Shown one piece after another: positions 1 to 13,367 of a stretch of 64,000 nucleotides of DNA. The notes beneath the pieces were generated by a model that saw only the letters and a program-made list of their open reading frames with translations, searched no databases and was not told the origin of the DNA. The stretch is taken from positions 124,001 through 188,000 of the forward strand of contig ML996688.1 in the NCBI GenBank assembly GCA_010356995.1, read 5' to 3'. The stretch comes from Trichodelitschia bisporula (lineage: Eukaryota). Numbering within the stretch: the first letter of the stretch is position 1; each line of letters begins with the position of its first letter. A program made the translations under genes and the position numbers.

Positions 1-3000
1 CGTTCTGGAAGCGGACGAACGTGGCCGCCGCAGCGCCGCTAGTGGGATCGAGAAGTTGCATCCCGGTGGTTGCCTACGGGGGTGGCGCCCGCAGCGAGTG
101 GCCTGGCGGTGCGGCGGCAGGCAGGCAACGGCGAGACGAGGATGCGATTACAATTACTGTTGCTTCGGCCGGAGATGCGAGGACGTGGCATCCGCGGTCT
201 TGTGTTCGGGGCGGACTCCGGTGGGATCACGGTGCGGGTGGTTGAAACGGAGCTGCTGGCGGGCGGGCAACGCGCGACGTACGTGCGTAGAGTCGTTGGT
301 CCTGGGTAATATATAAAGCTGCGCTCCCGGGGCCAGGCTGGCGGCGCGGAAGGCTAGAGGTGAGTACCCGGTGGATGCGTGCATTTGCCCGTCTGCCACT
401 GGGCATCGGGGGGATTTGGAGCTGGAGGCACGAAAGGGCCAGATGCTGGAGCTGGGGAGCACCAGACGGAGCGATGGGATACCAACGACCAAGAAGCCAG
501 AAGCATGGCGAAGCGTTCCACTATCTCCCGGCGTTCCACCCGCGGCCCTCTCCCGTCGGATCAAAGGCAACGCAACGGTTGTGTGACGCGCCATCGACTT
601 GCTGCCGTGGTGAGCTGTTCGCCTTTTTTTCTTTCTCGCTTTGGGAGCCATTTTCCGTATGCTCCAGATTCTCAGCTCAAACCAGCGCTGCTGCGGTGAG
701 CCCGCGGCAGGGTACTCCCTGGTTCCGCAACGCAAGCGTGGGGACCTGGACCGCCCGCGGCCAATCCACCTGCGCTGCATGCCTGTACCTGTTTGTCATG
801 CTCGCGCGAGTAGCTCACAGTTACGGAGTAGCCGCTGCTGCCTTCCGGACGGCACTCAGTGTTGCAATTTGAGGCCGATATGGGGACATTTGCTTTCCGC
901 CAACCTTGCCACTGTTGCCGCCTTGTCTTGCGGGAGTCGATGACAACCATTCGTTTCACGACAGTCCGTGACGGGCGGCATGTGAAAAGCTGGGGGTGGT
1001 GCAACCTTGATCAGCGCGGCACAGCTGCGCACATTGCACAGGCATGAAACAGCAATGCGGACCGGGAGGGAGGGGTGAAGGGGGATGTACGGGATGTACG
1101 GGATGTGGGGGTGTTGCTGGGTGGAGGGGTAACAGTACGATGAATAGGGCGCTGGAGGGGTAGGACGAGGGAGGGTGTGAGGAGGGGAAGCCAAGGATGA
1201 CCGGGTGCGGGACCACCAGCCCTACGGCAGCCACCGCCGTGACTACCCGAGAATGTAGCGGCGCGGCGTGTTGTATCGCCCTTTTCCTTGGTGCTTATCA
1301 AAGGAGTCATCGACGTACGCTATCGGGGCGGAATCTTGGGGAGAGGGCAAGGCTTTCCAAGGACGGGTAAGTGAGGCACTGATGAGCTGGCAGGGCGGCA
1401 GTGGGTGCAACTGGAGCGGTGTTTAAGGAGAGATGCTGCTACGTGTGTTGCGCTGCTGCGCGTTGCCTGGCCGCTGGGTGTTGCTGTACATTCTATGTAC
1501 CATGCTGGTCGCGGTGCGCGGGCCGATGCTGTTGTTGGCGGGGCGGGATAGTGGAGGGCCACTGATGGCCGCACTTGGTACTTCGTACTTCGTATCTTGC
1601 CTGTGTGGCGCTGAGGGGATCGGATGTGCGGACAGGGAATGCGTGCGGCGTTCTTCCATGGTGCATGTCTCCACGTCTGCGATACTACTAATCTCGTAGC
1701 ACGGCCGACGGGGGCTTGATTGGGGGTGCGTCGATTGCAGCGATGCAGCGATGCTTGCGCAAGAGGCACCGCCCCTCGCTCTTTCCTCTCAGGGGTCTAG
1801 ATTGACATTGGTGAGTCCTGCTGGGAGTGATGGGATGCGGATTAATACCTCGGGTTGACTGTCCAGCGGATCGGGTATAGCGGGATTTCAACGCTACGGT
1901 AGGTTAGGTGAGTGAGCCATGGTCCGGATTCTGTATGTTACCATCCCGCCGCCAACCGGACTGGCGAGCATGGACACGTTTGAGGGGATGTGGAATTTCA
2001 CTTTCGGGCCAGAACGAGCGGCGACTTATATGAATCGGACTTTGCAGCGCGTTGAAAGGGCGAGCAGGCCGAGATTAGGAGGCATCGATGGAGCTTTCGG
2101 GCAGGGCGAGAACCGGACTGAGAAGTTTTTGCCTCCTCCCTACGTGGGCTCTCTCTTGCTTTATATCACCCATCTGACCCTTCTGCGTTGAACCAAGGCC
2201 CGTGCCTGGGCAGGAGAGACGGCGAAGGGGATGCGGTTGCTGCAGCCTTGCAGGGGGTGGTGGATGGGCTGTGAGGAGGCGAGGCAATTGGGGCACGACG
2301 ATGCGAAGTGGGGCGGCTGATGGCACGGTGGGTGGGAGGCGAGGGAGCACAGTTTTTTTGGTGGTATTTTTCGCTGGTGGGTTACTACAGTGCTCTTCGT
2401 AGGGACGTTTCGGCGTGGTCGGATGGTGCGAAGGCTGTAGCCTTACCGCTCTGTCGGCTGTTGCTGCAATGACGGCGATGACTCTTCCAGGCAGTCAATT
2501 CCGGAGAGAAAAGGCAAACAGCGCAATCAAGCCAGGCCAGAACAGAACAGACCAGCCGGCTGCCTCTCTGCGGCCACCGACCTGAGGCAGAGGCTGTCCG
2601 GCTCAGCATCAGATCCGCACTGTGTTGGATGCGATTCTATCCTAGCTTCATCCCTAGCCTCTCGATGGAGAGCGTCGTCCGCCAAGGTGCATTGCAACAT
2701 TTTTTTTATCGTTTCTTCTCTTTTCGAATGTCAAGACGGACAGGTATGTATTCCAATTCCCACCCAACGGGGCCAGTTCCAGCCCTCAAAGCGCCCGGCC
2801 GAAGAAGCCGAAAGATCAAACATCCGCAGCCGGGCAAAGACAGCCGTTGGGGATACAACGTACAAGCCATCCGGCATGCGGCAATATCGCGCTTGGGTGC
2901 GCCCGTTTGGACGGTAACAGCCCACAGCCTTACTCCGCATCGTATCCCAGATGAGCCGAGAGCAACGTTTCTCGCCATCCCCGGCCGCGTTCCCCGGTAC

Positions 3001-3265
3001 TAATCCGATGGATATGCGAATACCTTGAGCGTTGCAATCGATACGGCGTCTACACCCCACCCCACCACCTACGGTAGAAAAATCCATCTAGCCACCCTTG
3101 CAGGTTGACATGGCGTACCCCCTCGCTCCCGTGCTGATGCCTTCACCTCATCAATTCTCTCTCTCCGACTCCTTGTCGTTGCTCGCCTCTCACCACTCTC
3201 ACCCTCTCCATCTCATCTCCCGGACGTCCCGCTTCGGAACACGGTAAAGTAACAAGCTTCCAGTA

Positions 3266-3331
3266 ACACATACACAAGCACACATACACATACACAAGCA
3301 CACACACAGACACGCAACACCTTCACACACG
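3266..3331. repeat. CA-rich compound microsatellite
   Basis: acacatacacaagcacacatacacatacacaagcacacacacagacacgc... run. Confidence 0.7.
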
Positions 3332-4178
3332 CAATCCAAGCACCCGTTAAATACCCAGTACCTCATCTCCCCGTCCCACTCCCGTCAACGTCCCCCCACC
3401 CAGCCATAATATCCCATATCCATGCAAGCGATACCAATGCAACCACTAGCACAACCCCTCCATCCCCCCTCCCCCCTCCTCCCTTCACGCCCTTCACTCT
3501 ACCACAGTACCTCCACCCCCTCATCGAACTTTCTTGACGCCAATTGCTACCATGTAGACCATGCACACCCCTGCAAACGGGATAGTACTTCTTCGGGTAG
3601 GCTTGGTACGTACTACAGGTCTGACCGCAACGTCCGTCCACTACCTACCGCCCATTCATCCCCCGCCCACGTACCCCTCTCTAGCCGTAGCCAGCAGAAG
3701 TTCAACAACCGTTGGTGGGGAAAAAAAAAGTCATCGCAGAGTAGGCAAAGTGAAAAAAAAAAAATTCCTCCCTCCCCACACCGGTAATAGCGGGTCCCTC
3801 ACTGATGTGCTTGCAATCCTGTTCCCTGCCTCTCCCGTCTGTCCTTACGTCTGTCCACCTCGCTGCCCACTGCATTCTTTTCTTTCCCTACCACTCTCCT
3901 CCCCTCGCACATTCCCCGTCAAAAACTGCCGCCTGCTTGTCTTGAACTTGCTTGCTTGCTTGCTTGCTGCAACACACAGACACCCTCCTTACCAATACGT
4001 ACACACAGTCTACACCATCTTATCCAATCTTCTAATCCTACCCCCCTCCCTTTCCTTACAGCGCAAAAACCGCCCACTGCCACGCATACACCCCTCCCAC
4101 ACCTTACCACACCCACCCCTCCACACCAACGCCCTCCGCGGTATTTGAACACCAGCGCCCCCAGCCCACGCCGCAAGA

Positions 4179-4987
4179 ATGTCCTCCCCCCACCACGCAC
4201 CGCAATCGTCCTCAACCTCCGGCCAAACCACCAACTCGCCTTCAACCGCGCACGGCAAACCCGCCACCTCCTCGCACCCCCCTCCCAACGCCCCGGACCC
4301 CACCCTCACAACGTCGTCCAGCAAAGATGCCCAAGGAAGCCTCCCCCCCACCCCCCCCGCCAGCACCCCCGAACTCTCCAATCTTAAGATAAGCCTACGC
4401 TCCGCCCTGCGCCAGTTTCCCGACTTCCCCGCCCCAGGGATCCTCTTCGAAGACATATTGCCCATCTTCGCCAATCCTACTCTACACGAAGGCCTCCTCC
4501 GCGCGCTCGAGATCCACGTCGGCAGTGCGAAGCCGGATGTTATCGTCGGATTGGATGCACGGGGATTTCTGTTTGGACCGGGACTTGCGTTGAGGTTGGG
4601 CGCGAAGTTCGTACCGGTCCGCAAGAGGGGCAAGTTGCCCGGCCCGACGGTGCAGGCGAAGTATATGAAGGAGTATGGCGAGGATGTGTTTGAGATGCAG
4701 GCGGATGGGATTGGGGCGGGGGAGCGGGTTATTGTCGTGGATGACATTATCGCTACCGGTACGTTTGCTCCCAATTCTAGCTTCTTCACACACTTTTTGG
4801 GGGGATGGGGCTGATGGGTTTTACTACAGGTGGCTCCGCGGCTGCGGCCGGTTCGCTCGTGAAGCAGCTCGGCGGCGAGTTGCTGGAGTATATCTTTATT
4901 CTGGAGCTGGACTTTCTTAAGGGGAGGGATAAGCTGGATGCCCCGGTTTACACGCTGCTGTCGAGCCAGGAGGAGAAGATGGCGTAG
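4179..4987 (+). CDS. APT1: Adenine phosphoribosyltransferase (2 coding exons; intron 4759-4829)
   Basis: [34 protein letters not shown] and the PRPP-binding motif [13 protein letters not shown], which is restored by splicing the GT..CTGAT..CAG intron. Confidence 0.96.
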
Positions 4988-7421
4988 GGCGCGAGTGGCA
5001 CGAGCCGGCGGCACGGGGTTCTGGCATCGATACTCTACAACTAGACGGTGGACACTGGATGGCTATGGGTTGAGGCTTTTTCGGTGTGATTCACCGCGGC
5101 GTTTTTTCGGCGCGAGGTTGTGGATTGGGGTGTGTACGCATGCTCTTTTTTTCATCGAGGGGCCGTTCGCTTTCGATGCTCTGAGCTATGGTGAGGAGTC
5201 ATACGATATTGCACCTTGTGCAGTGGCGGTGCGTGCGGCTTTGGACGAGGTGGTCCCAGCACTCCACAATCACGGGGATGAAGCTAGGGGGTGGCTGCGC
5301 GGTTTCTGATATTCCCGCATTTGTGCTTTTCATCTACCTTTGTGGTCTTTCTCGGTTTTGCCCAAACCAGTTGTCCTGGTTTGCTGGTTGGGGATAGGGT
5401 ACTTCATACGCAATTATTCTTAATAGAGGCCTGATGGCCATGTCATATGTCATACTGCTGCAGTGTTGTGCAATCATTTCAGGGAGTGGCACGGCAGGAG
5501 GCACGGCAGCTGTCTTTCTGCGGTCTGCGGCCGCGATGCCGATGCCCGATCGTGTCCTCCGCCGAGGTCCCCACCGAAAAGAAACGCCACCCACGCAATG
5601 CTAACGTGCACGGTGCGCGCTGCGGCCTCTTCGCGCCACTTCAACGGCAGAGATGAGAAGCGGAGCGCGGTCCGCGGCACTCTACGGTAGACATCGTAGT
5701 GCCGCGGGCTGGTGGAAGCAAAGAAACTTAGGCCGGTACGTACCGCGGTGTCAGGATTACAAACAAGCTGCAGCATGAAAGAGGGAGATTGGTGGATCAA
5801 GGTTTGGCGGTTAGGGATTGGGGGAGAGAAGTTGCGGGGATGCCCCGTTCCGAGGCGGTGGGCGCGCGGTTTGGGTCGGGATCGGGCCGAGTGCCGGACC
5901 TTGTCTGGGGGGGGGGAGGGGGGGCTTGTGGGCTTCTAGAAGGTTTGGGGTGGGGGCGGGAGGCGGTGAGGCGAGGCGGTGAAGTACCTCTGCTGTGGGA
6001 GGAATTGGTTTTTATCTGTGCCATGGAAGGGATGGGGTTTGTTTTGGGGATGGTAAGGGGGATTGGGGGAGCGGTGGGAGGGAGAGGATGGGGATAATCC
6101 GGGTGTTTGAGATGTTGATGTGGCGATATGGTGGTGGTTCGAGGCGTGGTGCGGAGTGGAGGATGTGGAGAGTGGTCCGCGCGTTAAGGTGCGGCACGGC
6201 GCGGTGCGGTGAGTGTCTGGGGAATGATAGGGATGTGGGTCTGTCTGTGAGGTTTGTGAGGTCTGTGAGTCTGGAAGTTGGATGAGGTGGAGAGTTGTGG
6301 TCCCGCAGCGATGATCAAGGGGGCTTCAGCCAGGATAGCTACGGTGGCTTGCGGACGCCCGGTATCTGTATCTGGTGCAGATGGGGCGGTATGCATGACA
6401 AACAGGTTTGTGGGCGGCGAGGGGAGGACGGACTGAGGTACGCTGGTGAAGTGTTGGGCCTATCGAAGAGGTAATGGATAGCCGGATGGTTTTCAGCCTT
6501 GTTGATTTGTGGTATCTGCTTCTCGGGGATTGAATGCGGCAATGCGGCAAGTGGCCTTGAAACAGCCAGAGATACGGTACTCCACATTAGCGAAGTTTGG
6601 ACTCGACACAAGAAGCAAGTCCTCCAGCAATGCGGTGTACGCCCACTAATCATCCTACACTGGTGTCATGCTCCAGGGTGGCATCCCGAAGCAGCTATGA
6701 TCGGCACCCCGCGCCTGAAAGGCCATTTGAAAAAGTACTTGCCGCCACTCGAGCATCCCGCGGTTGGCAAGGGAGGCAACAACTATTCTCGAGTCTCAGG
6801 TCTTAGCAGGTTGACGAACCCCGCATCACCCCACCAAAACCCCTAACCCACTCCCACACCACCACGCCCGCACATCACCACGAATCCACCCCACTCCAAA
6901 CGGACCCAATCCATACTATCCGTTCTTCTGGACGCTCCCAGTACAGTACACCGAATATTCTGCTCCAAGTATCTGGCTCCAGTCGGCCTCGGCACTCAAA
7001 TGTGTTCTCCGCGCTGCCTTTGCCGATCAGGCAGCTCAGTCGTGCAGTTAGCTTGGGAGAGCCGAGCGGATGAGGGATGTGGGTACTGCGAAGGAGTGAG
7101 GTGAGGTTATGAATGGTCACTTCTCTGGGATTGTTTGGACTTGGCTGGCGAAGACCCGACGTTCGTTTTGGGGAGGGATTGCGGTGACGTCATCGTCGAC
7201 ATGTCGAAGAGCCATGTGGTTGCAAGCGAGGACACCTGGAGAATCAGGTCCGATGCGGGAGTAGCGAAATCCTCTGATAAAAAGACATGTCCTCACGGTA
7301 CAGTCACTAGTGACACTGGTACTTAGTATGCTGAATTACAGAGCCCCTTCCTCATTCAAAACGAAGCTAATGTATAAATACAGTAGTAAAGCAAGCACAA
7401 GCTCTTCCCATCTCCACACAT

Positions 7422-8358
7422 CTACAACCCAATAATCCCATCAATAACATGCACCACCCCATTCCTAACCAACAAATCCGTTTTAATCACCTTCTTCCCC
7501 CCCACCCAAACCGCCCCATCCTTAACCTTCACCTCCAACGTGGTCCCACCCACAGTCTTCAACTTCGCCCCGTCCTTAACATCAGTGCTATACACCAATC
7601 CCTGAGCAACATGCCCCTTCAAAGCCCCCGCCACCTGCTCCGCAGACAGACCCTTCAACCCCGCCGCCGCCGCCTCAAACGCAGCATCACTCGGCGCAAA
7701 CACCGTAATATCCTTCAACCCCTCAACAACCGCATCCAACCCCGCACTCTTGAGCGCATTCGGCAGCGCCGTAATACCCGCCGCGCGCGCCGTCTCATCG
7801 ATGCTGCGCGGCAGCGTGAGCACCGCGTCAACGATATGCACAATCCCGCCATCGAACGCGAGATCCTGTCACCATCAGCCCGCGCCCCACAATAGTAGGA
7901 GCCCAACGTACCGTCTGAATGACCTTAGCCTTCTCGCCCATCCCACCGATGAGATACACATCCCCGCCTTGCTTGGTGACATGCACGCGCTGCGCCCCAC
8001 TCACGCCCGCCAGCTTCCCCGCATACTTGGCCTCGACGTAGCTCTGCACGAAGGCGTGTTCCGGCACCGCAGCCGCGGGGATCTTGCCGTGGAGGACGTG
8101 GTAGCTGATCCCGAGCTCGACGACCTGCTTCGGCCGGTTCGGGGAGCGGGACAGGGCGAGCAGGGCGTCGAGGCCGCGGGCCGTGTTGGAGGGGGCGAAG
8201 ACGGTTACGCCGGCGGGCACCATGCCCATGTGCATGCTGAGCATGGGGTAGGCGGAGAGGAGGGTGGAGAAGGAGGAGAGGGAGGGGGTGGAGCTCAGCA
8301 GAGTGGTGATGTTGACTGCCAGAGCGGCGGGGAGGAGGGGGAGGAGTGTGACACGCAT
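7422..8358 (-). CDS. Secreted fasciclin (FAS1) two-domain protein (intron 7866-7911)
   Basis: Signal peptide MRVTLLPLLPAALA; two TVFAPS(N/D) motifs; YHV; terminal VHIVDAVL and GVVHVIDGII FAS1 motifs. Confidence 0.92.
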
Positions 8359-10027
8359 TTTGGCTGTACGGTAGAAGGAGGGACTGGTAGAAAGAGTGTA
8401 GTAGTGAAAGACTGTGGTGGTTGTATTATCATGTCCTTCCGCGCGACGGGCTTTATACCTGCCTCCGCGAGCGGGCTTCACCTCGATCGCACGTCCACCG
8501 CGAAAGTACAATTGCAGCCTCGCATCGTGCACCTCTCCGCCTCCCCGCACGCATACCATATCCACTCGAAAGCGCCTAGCGCAACCGTCCCACCGTCCTC
8601 ACATCTCTATCAGAAACTCCAGCGCCCTCTTCTGACGCCATACTTACCGCAAGCAGTAACCATAACCCCCATTACCGCGACAGGCGCGCGGATACACCCC
8701 ACCCACCCGCGCATCCGGAGGTCTAGCAACGCGCAATGACGACAGCCGCGTGGGCGCCGGGATGCCTTGCCGGGATGCGGATCGGGGCCTGTGTTTTAAT
8801 TCTGGGGAAATGCACACGGGGGGTGCGATTGGTGGGTCCGGGGCGCATAGATTGCATTTTGAAGACCGGACGTCGCGGCGTGCCCCGTGCGGGCCGCGAT
8901 ATTACCCCCCCGAGCGCGCAAAATGAGAACGCATATTAAGACACAGCGCGGCGATCGAGCGGTCTTACTGCGCAAGAGCCGTCGTTTTCGTGCGATATGG
9001 GCGTCAGCGCTCCGCACGTTCAATCCGAGTATGACGGCTTCACGGAACAGCAGTGTTCCGCGCTCGGCGATTTGTACCTACATGTCTGGGCTGGGTTAGG
9101 GGTTCATCGGGATCGCCGTGGTGCGGGCCGGCCCGTTGACCTGGGCTGCGGGTGGGGGGAGGCGAGATGTGAGCAAGTTATAATTTAGGCGTAGGCGAGG
9201 CTGGGAGATTCAGTATGAGGGAGTTTTGAGCTCGGACTGGGGATTGAGAGGAGGGGAGCAGGTATATAGTCCGCGTTGGTTCTCCTGCGAGGGATTTGGC
9301 GTGGTTGAGGGGGAGGAGGGAAGAACGAATAATGGGTGGTGGGCGAGGGTGGACGAGGCTGAGGTGCGGTTGGGAGGGGTGGCGGAGGGCGGCGAAGGGC
9401 CGGGTACGCTGGTGCGAGACGGTTTCTGGAGTCGATCGGTTCCTGTCAACCACGAAGGAGGCTTTGGGTCGTGCCATAACGCCGGCACGATCTCTTCAAC
9501 TCACAACATCAACCGCACACGTGTGAGTTCAGACCCGACATCGAGAAAGTGTCAGTGGAACCGCTCATCTAGGCAAACATTCGGAATATACTCAGCATGA
9601 CCATTGTACGCAGTCCTCACACCACCTTCGACTACATTCCGCTTCCACCCCCCGACGTCGGTACGAACACGACTCGACGACCACGGCGGCAACAATGAAC
9701 GATTTACATATTGAGATTGGTCGGGACGGCGAAGCAGAGCGTCTCGTCATTGACTGAGAGAGCGACGTCCACGTTGTATGGCTGGTCGGGCAACGACTTG
9801 TCAGGAAGGCCACCGCAACGGACCCATAGCCACCACTTTTCATGAAGCATTCGAGGCCATGTCCGGAAGGCGATGAGGAATGCGAAATATTCCGCGAGGT
9901 GACTGACAATGGCGTCGTCAGCATGACCCAATACTAGCACTACGAAACGGGGTAAGTTCAGAGCATACCAAACGTCGTATATGTGGCTACTCTGTTGAGA
10001 GAAGTGCCTCTTTACTGAGCTGTCATT

Positions 10028-10280
10028 TAATGGAAGCATAGGCTTGACCCATGAAATGGCAACGATGTGAAATGAAAGATCGTGGAAACAACGAGGAAAG
10101 AAAAAGAAGAGAGAGAGAGAGAGAGGTGAAGCCAGACTAAGATACATGCGGTGTCATCTGTGCTTTTCTCCCATCGTGAGCACCTTCCGTCGTGTGCGCC
10201 TCCCAGATCTAACATGCTCCTTCCCAAAGATGAGGATGTTTGCGTTAATGCTATGCTTGCCCTAGGTGTCTACAAAATCA
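10028..10280 (-). mobile_element. Degenerate solo LTR, related to the copies at 39560 and 43956
   Basis: Reverse strand starts TGA..TGTAGACA, contains TGGGAAGGAGCAT, GTGCTCA and a CT-rich tract, and ends AGCCTATGCTTCCATTA (cf. AGCC..TGCTCCCATCA); TGTCAT lies near both flanks. Confidence 0.6.
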
Positions 10281-10630
10281 TGTCATAATTTTAGAGATCG
10301 TATTTGGAGTCGGGAGAAGAAGAAAAAGAAAGAATGAAAGATCTCTTTTGCGCGGGCTTCCAGCACCACCTCCCTGGAGATATCTTGGTCATGACACAAA
10401 CTTGTTCAGTCAGATTTGCACACTGGGATGTTGAATCACTCGCTCATCTGAGACTCAGATCTACGGAGCTCGCGCAGCGTGAACTTCCCAGAAGTACGTC
10501 GGCGCGAATACCACGCTAAATGGTTGACATTGTCGCTATGAGGGACGTTTTCAACCAGAATAAGAACTTGCTCGCATCTTCTACTCGAACCCGATGCACA
10601 GCGACTACCCACATGCCCCTGCAGTCACAA

Positions 10631-12921
10631 TTATACTGCGCCGTTGAGAAGTTCCCACTCGTCGTTCAGCCACATTTCCCCCATCTTCGGGTTGTTGGGA
10701 TCCATAGGCTTCATAGCGGCGAAGAGGACCCTGGAATACGTGCTCTTGCCATCCGATGGGGCTGAGGGGCAGTAAACCTCGTAGTCCAAGTGGTTGCCGG
10801 TCTTAGTAGGCTTCCATCGGTCAGATTTGAGGAGCTCTCGGACGGCGGACGGGCGGTCGGGGTATTCCTCCCAGATGCGTGACGAGGAGCAGAACATGCG
10901 GAAGGGTTGCCCGCTCGATCTCGTCTGGGGTAAAAGCAGAAGGTCAGGCTTCCCACCTGGCAAGTAATGGCATTCTTGCCGGCACTCAAGGTCTTTGCAC
11001 CAGAGGAACCGGGACTCACTCACCCTTCCTTTAAGGCTCTTCACAATAGCGACAAGAGTGGAAAATCTTGGGTTCTGGCTCACGTTGTTGTGGTCGGCAC
11101 AGATGAGATAGACTTCGGCACGGACAGTCTCGTAGAAAGTCGAGTCGACCGTGACCTCGGAACCATGATGGGGTATCTGCTGACGCCAACATGGTGAGTA
11201 AAGACATATTAGGTACTTAGCCCACAGGTACGCGAGGCTACAGGCAACAGCCTGAGCGGAGGCCGGATCGAACACCCGCCACGCCACGGACAGGGAGCAC
11301 TTGCCTTCAGTACTTGGAGGCCGATGTATTTTGGCGCATCAGTAAAGCCAAAGATGGTCCGCCTAATGTCGCACTCACAGTCGTAGGCATCGGCGGTGAA
11401 CAACATCTGTGTGCCCTGGTCCGCACGGTGGAACAGGGTCACAGTCGACGACCGGTTCGTGGAGATGTTGCCCTTATCCGTGTCGTACTCGATATCCATC
11501 TCACGCTTCTCATAGCGGTTGATCAGGAGATATCGCACGAAGTTGCGGTACATCTCGTGCTGGGGGTTGACGTAGTACTGGGAAATATTGCCAGCCGAGT
11601 TGGCAGGCTGGCGCCTGTCTTTGCGAGGAAGAAGCCGAAGCCGCGTTTCAGTCCCCGTACCGGCATCGATCATAAGGTGATTGGGGAGTAGTTGCGCTTA
11701 CCGTTCCAAAGGGTCGCTGTGCGAACCAAGTTTGCAGTTGGAGAGCTTCAAATTTCCGCACCTCAAAGCCCAGTTTGCTGAGGTAGCCTGAGTCAACATC
11801 GCCATCCCACCGGTATTTAGGCGTCCTGGTCTCGAACGGCGGAGGGGGAAAAAGTGGCGCCAGGCCTAGGCTATTCGAGAGTGTGAGGTTACCACCTAGA
11901 TAAATCGCGGGTCTCGGGACCCAGACAAGGTCCCTACGGAATGTCAGATAAATCTCGGGTGAGTCCGCAAAGGCCACGATAGACCCTGACCGATGCTCGA
12001 GGTCCCATATTTGCAGGTCAATGGTGACGCCAGTAAGCAGAATGCGGGTCCGATAAGCGTCGGTGTATTTGCAGAAAAGATGGTGGTACTTAGCCCCGTA
12101 ATCATCGTCGATCTCAGGCGAGGTATCCCACTTAAAATCGGTACCAGATTTCTGAAACCCCAGACGGAACACGGCCTTGTAGCCGAACATCATGAGATCA
12201 CGGGCCAGTTCAGCCAGTCCTCTGAGAGTTTTACGGCAGTTTGATTCCAGTCCACGCCCGCAGACTTGAGAAGCTGGGCGTCTTCCAGTTTTGTGAGAAT
12301 GGGGGGCTTGTAGGCATACTTGGCGGAGCATGGGGAAATGTAAATAGACATTGATATGCCGGGTCAGCCTGCTTCCACTTCTGCAGTAGCTTGGTACTCC
12401 CAAGAAACTTTGCGACCGTAGGGGCATTTTTAATGTGATCGGTATCGATGTGGGTGGCCTGGTGTCAACGTATGGTTACTACAGCTTGAAGGGACGTTGC
12501 GCGCATAAAACGCATGCGTTTGCCCGGAAGGTATCGCACCTGGAATTTGTTCAGCGGAGGTACCATCAGAGGGTCGGTGGGGTTTTCCACTTGGGGCAGA
12601 GACGAAGTCATGATTGCTTCCAAACAAGCCTCCCAGATTCCGAGATCCTCGCGGACAGGGCCGGTATCGATGAGAACTCGCCTCCATTCGCCCAAAGGGC
12701 CCTGGGACAGGTCGATGACATTGGCATATCCGTGAACTTGCCGCCCGGTATTAGCAAGGTCGACCGACACTAAAAGCGCCGCAGAATGGATAGATGTACT
12801 TACGCGCGTCGATCACTGAAACTTGTGGAAACGGCTGGAGTGAGAAGTCAACCAAATCTCCATGGGAGCCTGAAGGTATGCATAGTTGGGAGTGGACCTG
12901 CCTCCAGATTGTTTGGGTCAT
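10631..12921 (-). CDS. Multi-exon ComEC/Rec2-type metallo-beta-lactamase-fold hydrolase (possibly disrupted)
   Basis: Spliced motifs in canonical order: VSVIDALHGYANVIDL, RVLIDTG, ATHIDTDH, NRSSTVTLF..MLFTADA, VLKIPHHGS..FYETVRAEVYLICA..NP. One frame change near 12230-12400 has no obvious intron; start codon is tentative. Confidence 0.75.
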
Positions 12922-13367
12922 ACTCGATGCTCTCTCTAGGCGCCATAATAAAGCTATGACAGTAGGAAGGTGACTTGGGGACCCGCGATCGTGGGAGATG
13001 TGCAGGTTAACTTTGCTTGCTGGGACTCCATGAACAGATGCATTGCGGAGGGCAGCTCAGCTCAATCTCCGGGCCGCGACACCCAAGGCGGCGGTGGACC
13101 ACCATCCCACCATTGTCTATGGACTTGGTGTTGGGGTCAGCGAAATAGCATCAGCCTAAGCGAGAGTCCAAAAAGAGATTGAGGCGTGCAGTGTGCGGGG
13201 AAGAGGCTTGCCGGAGTGGGTCTATCGACCCAAAAGAGATACAAAATATGCAGCCTTCGCCGCCACGAGGAACTCCAAATAAGCCTTCTGACACACTCGA
13301 CCCACACACGGGCCGGACCGTTTCTCCCGAGGCCAATAATGCGGGCACCTATCTATCGCCTCGAGAA

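Noticed and set aside
1..3100. Many short overlapping ORFs
   Set aside because: No motifs or consistent splice model; treated as intergenic or UTR
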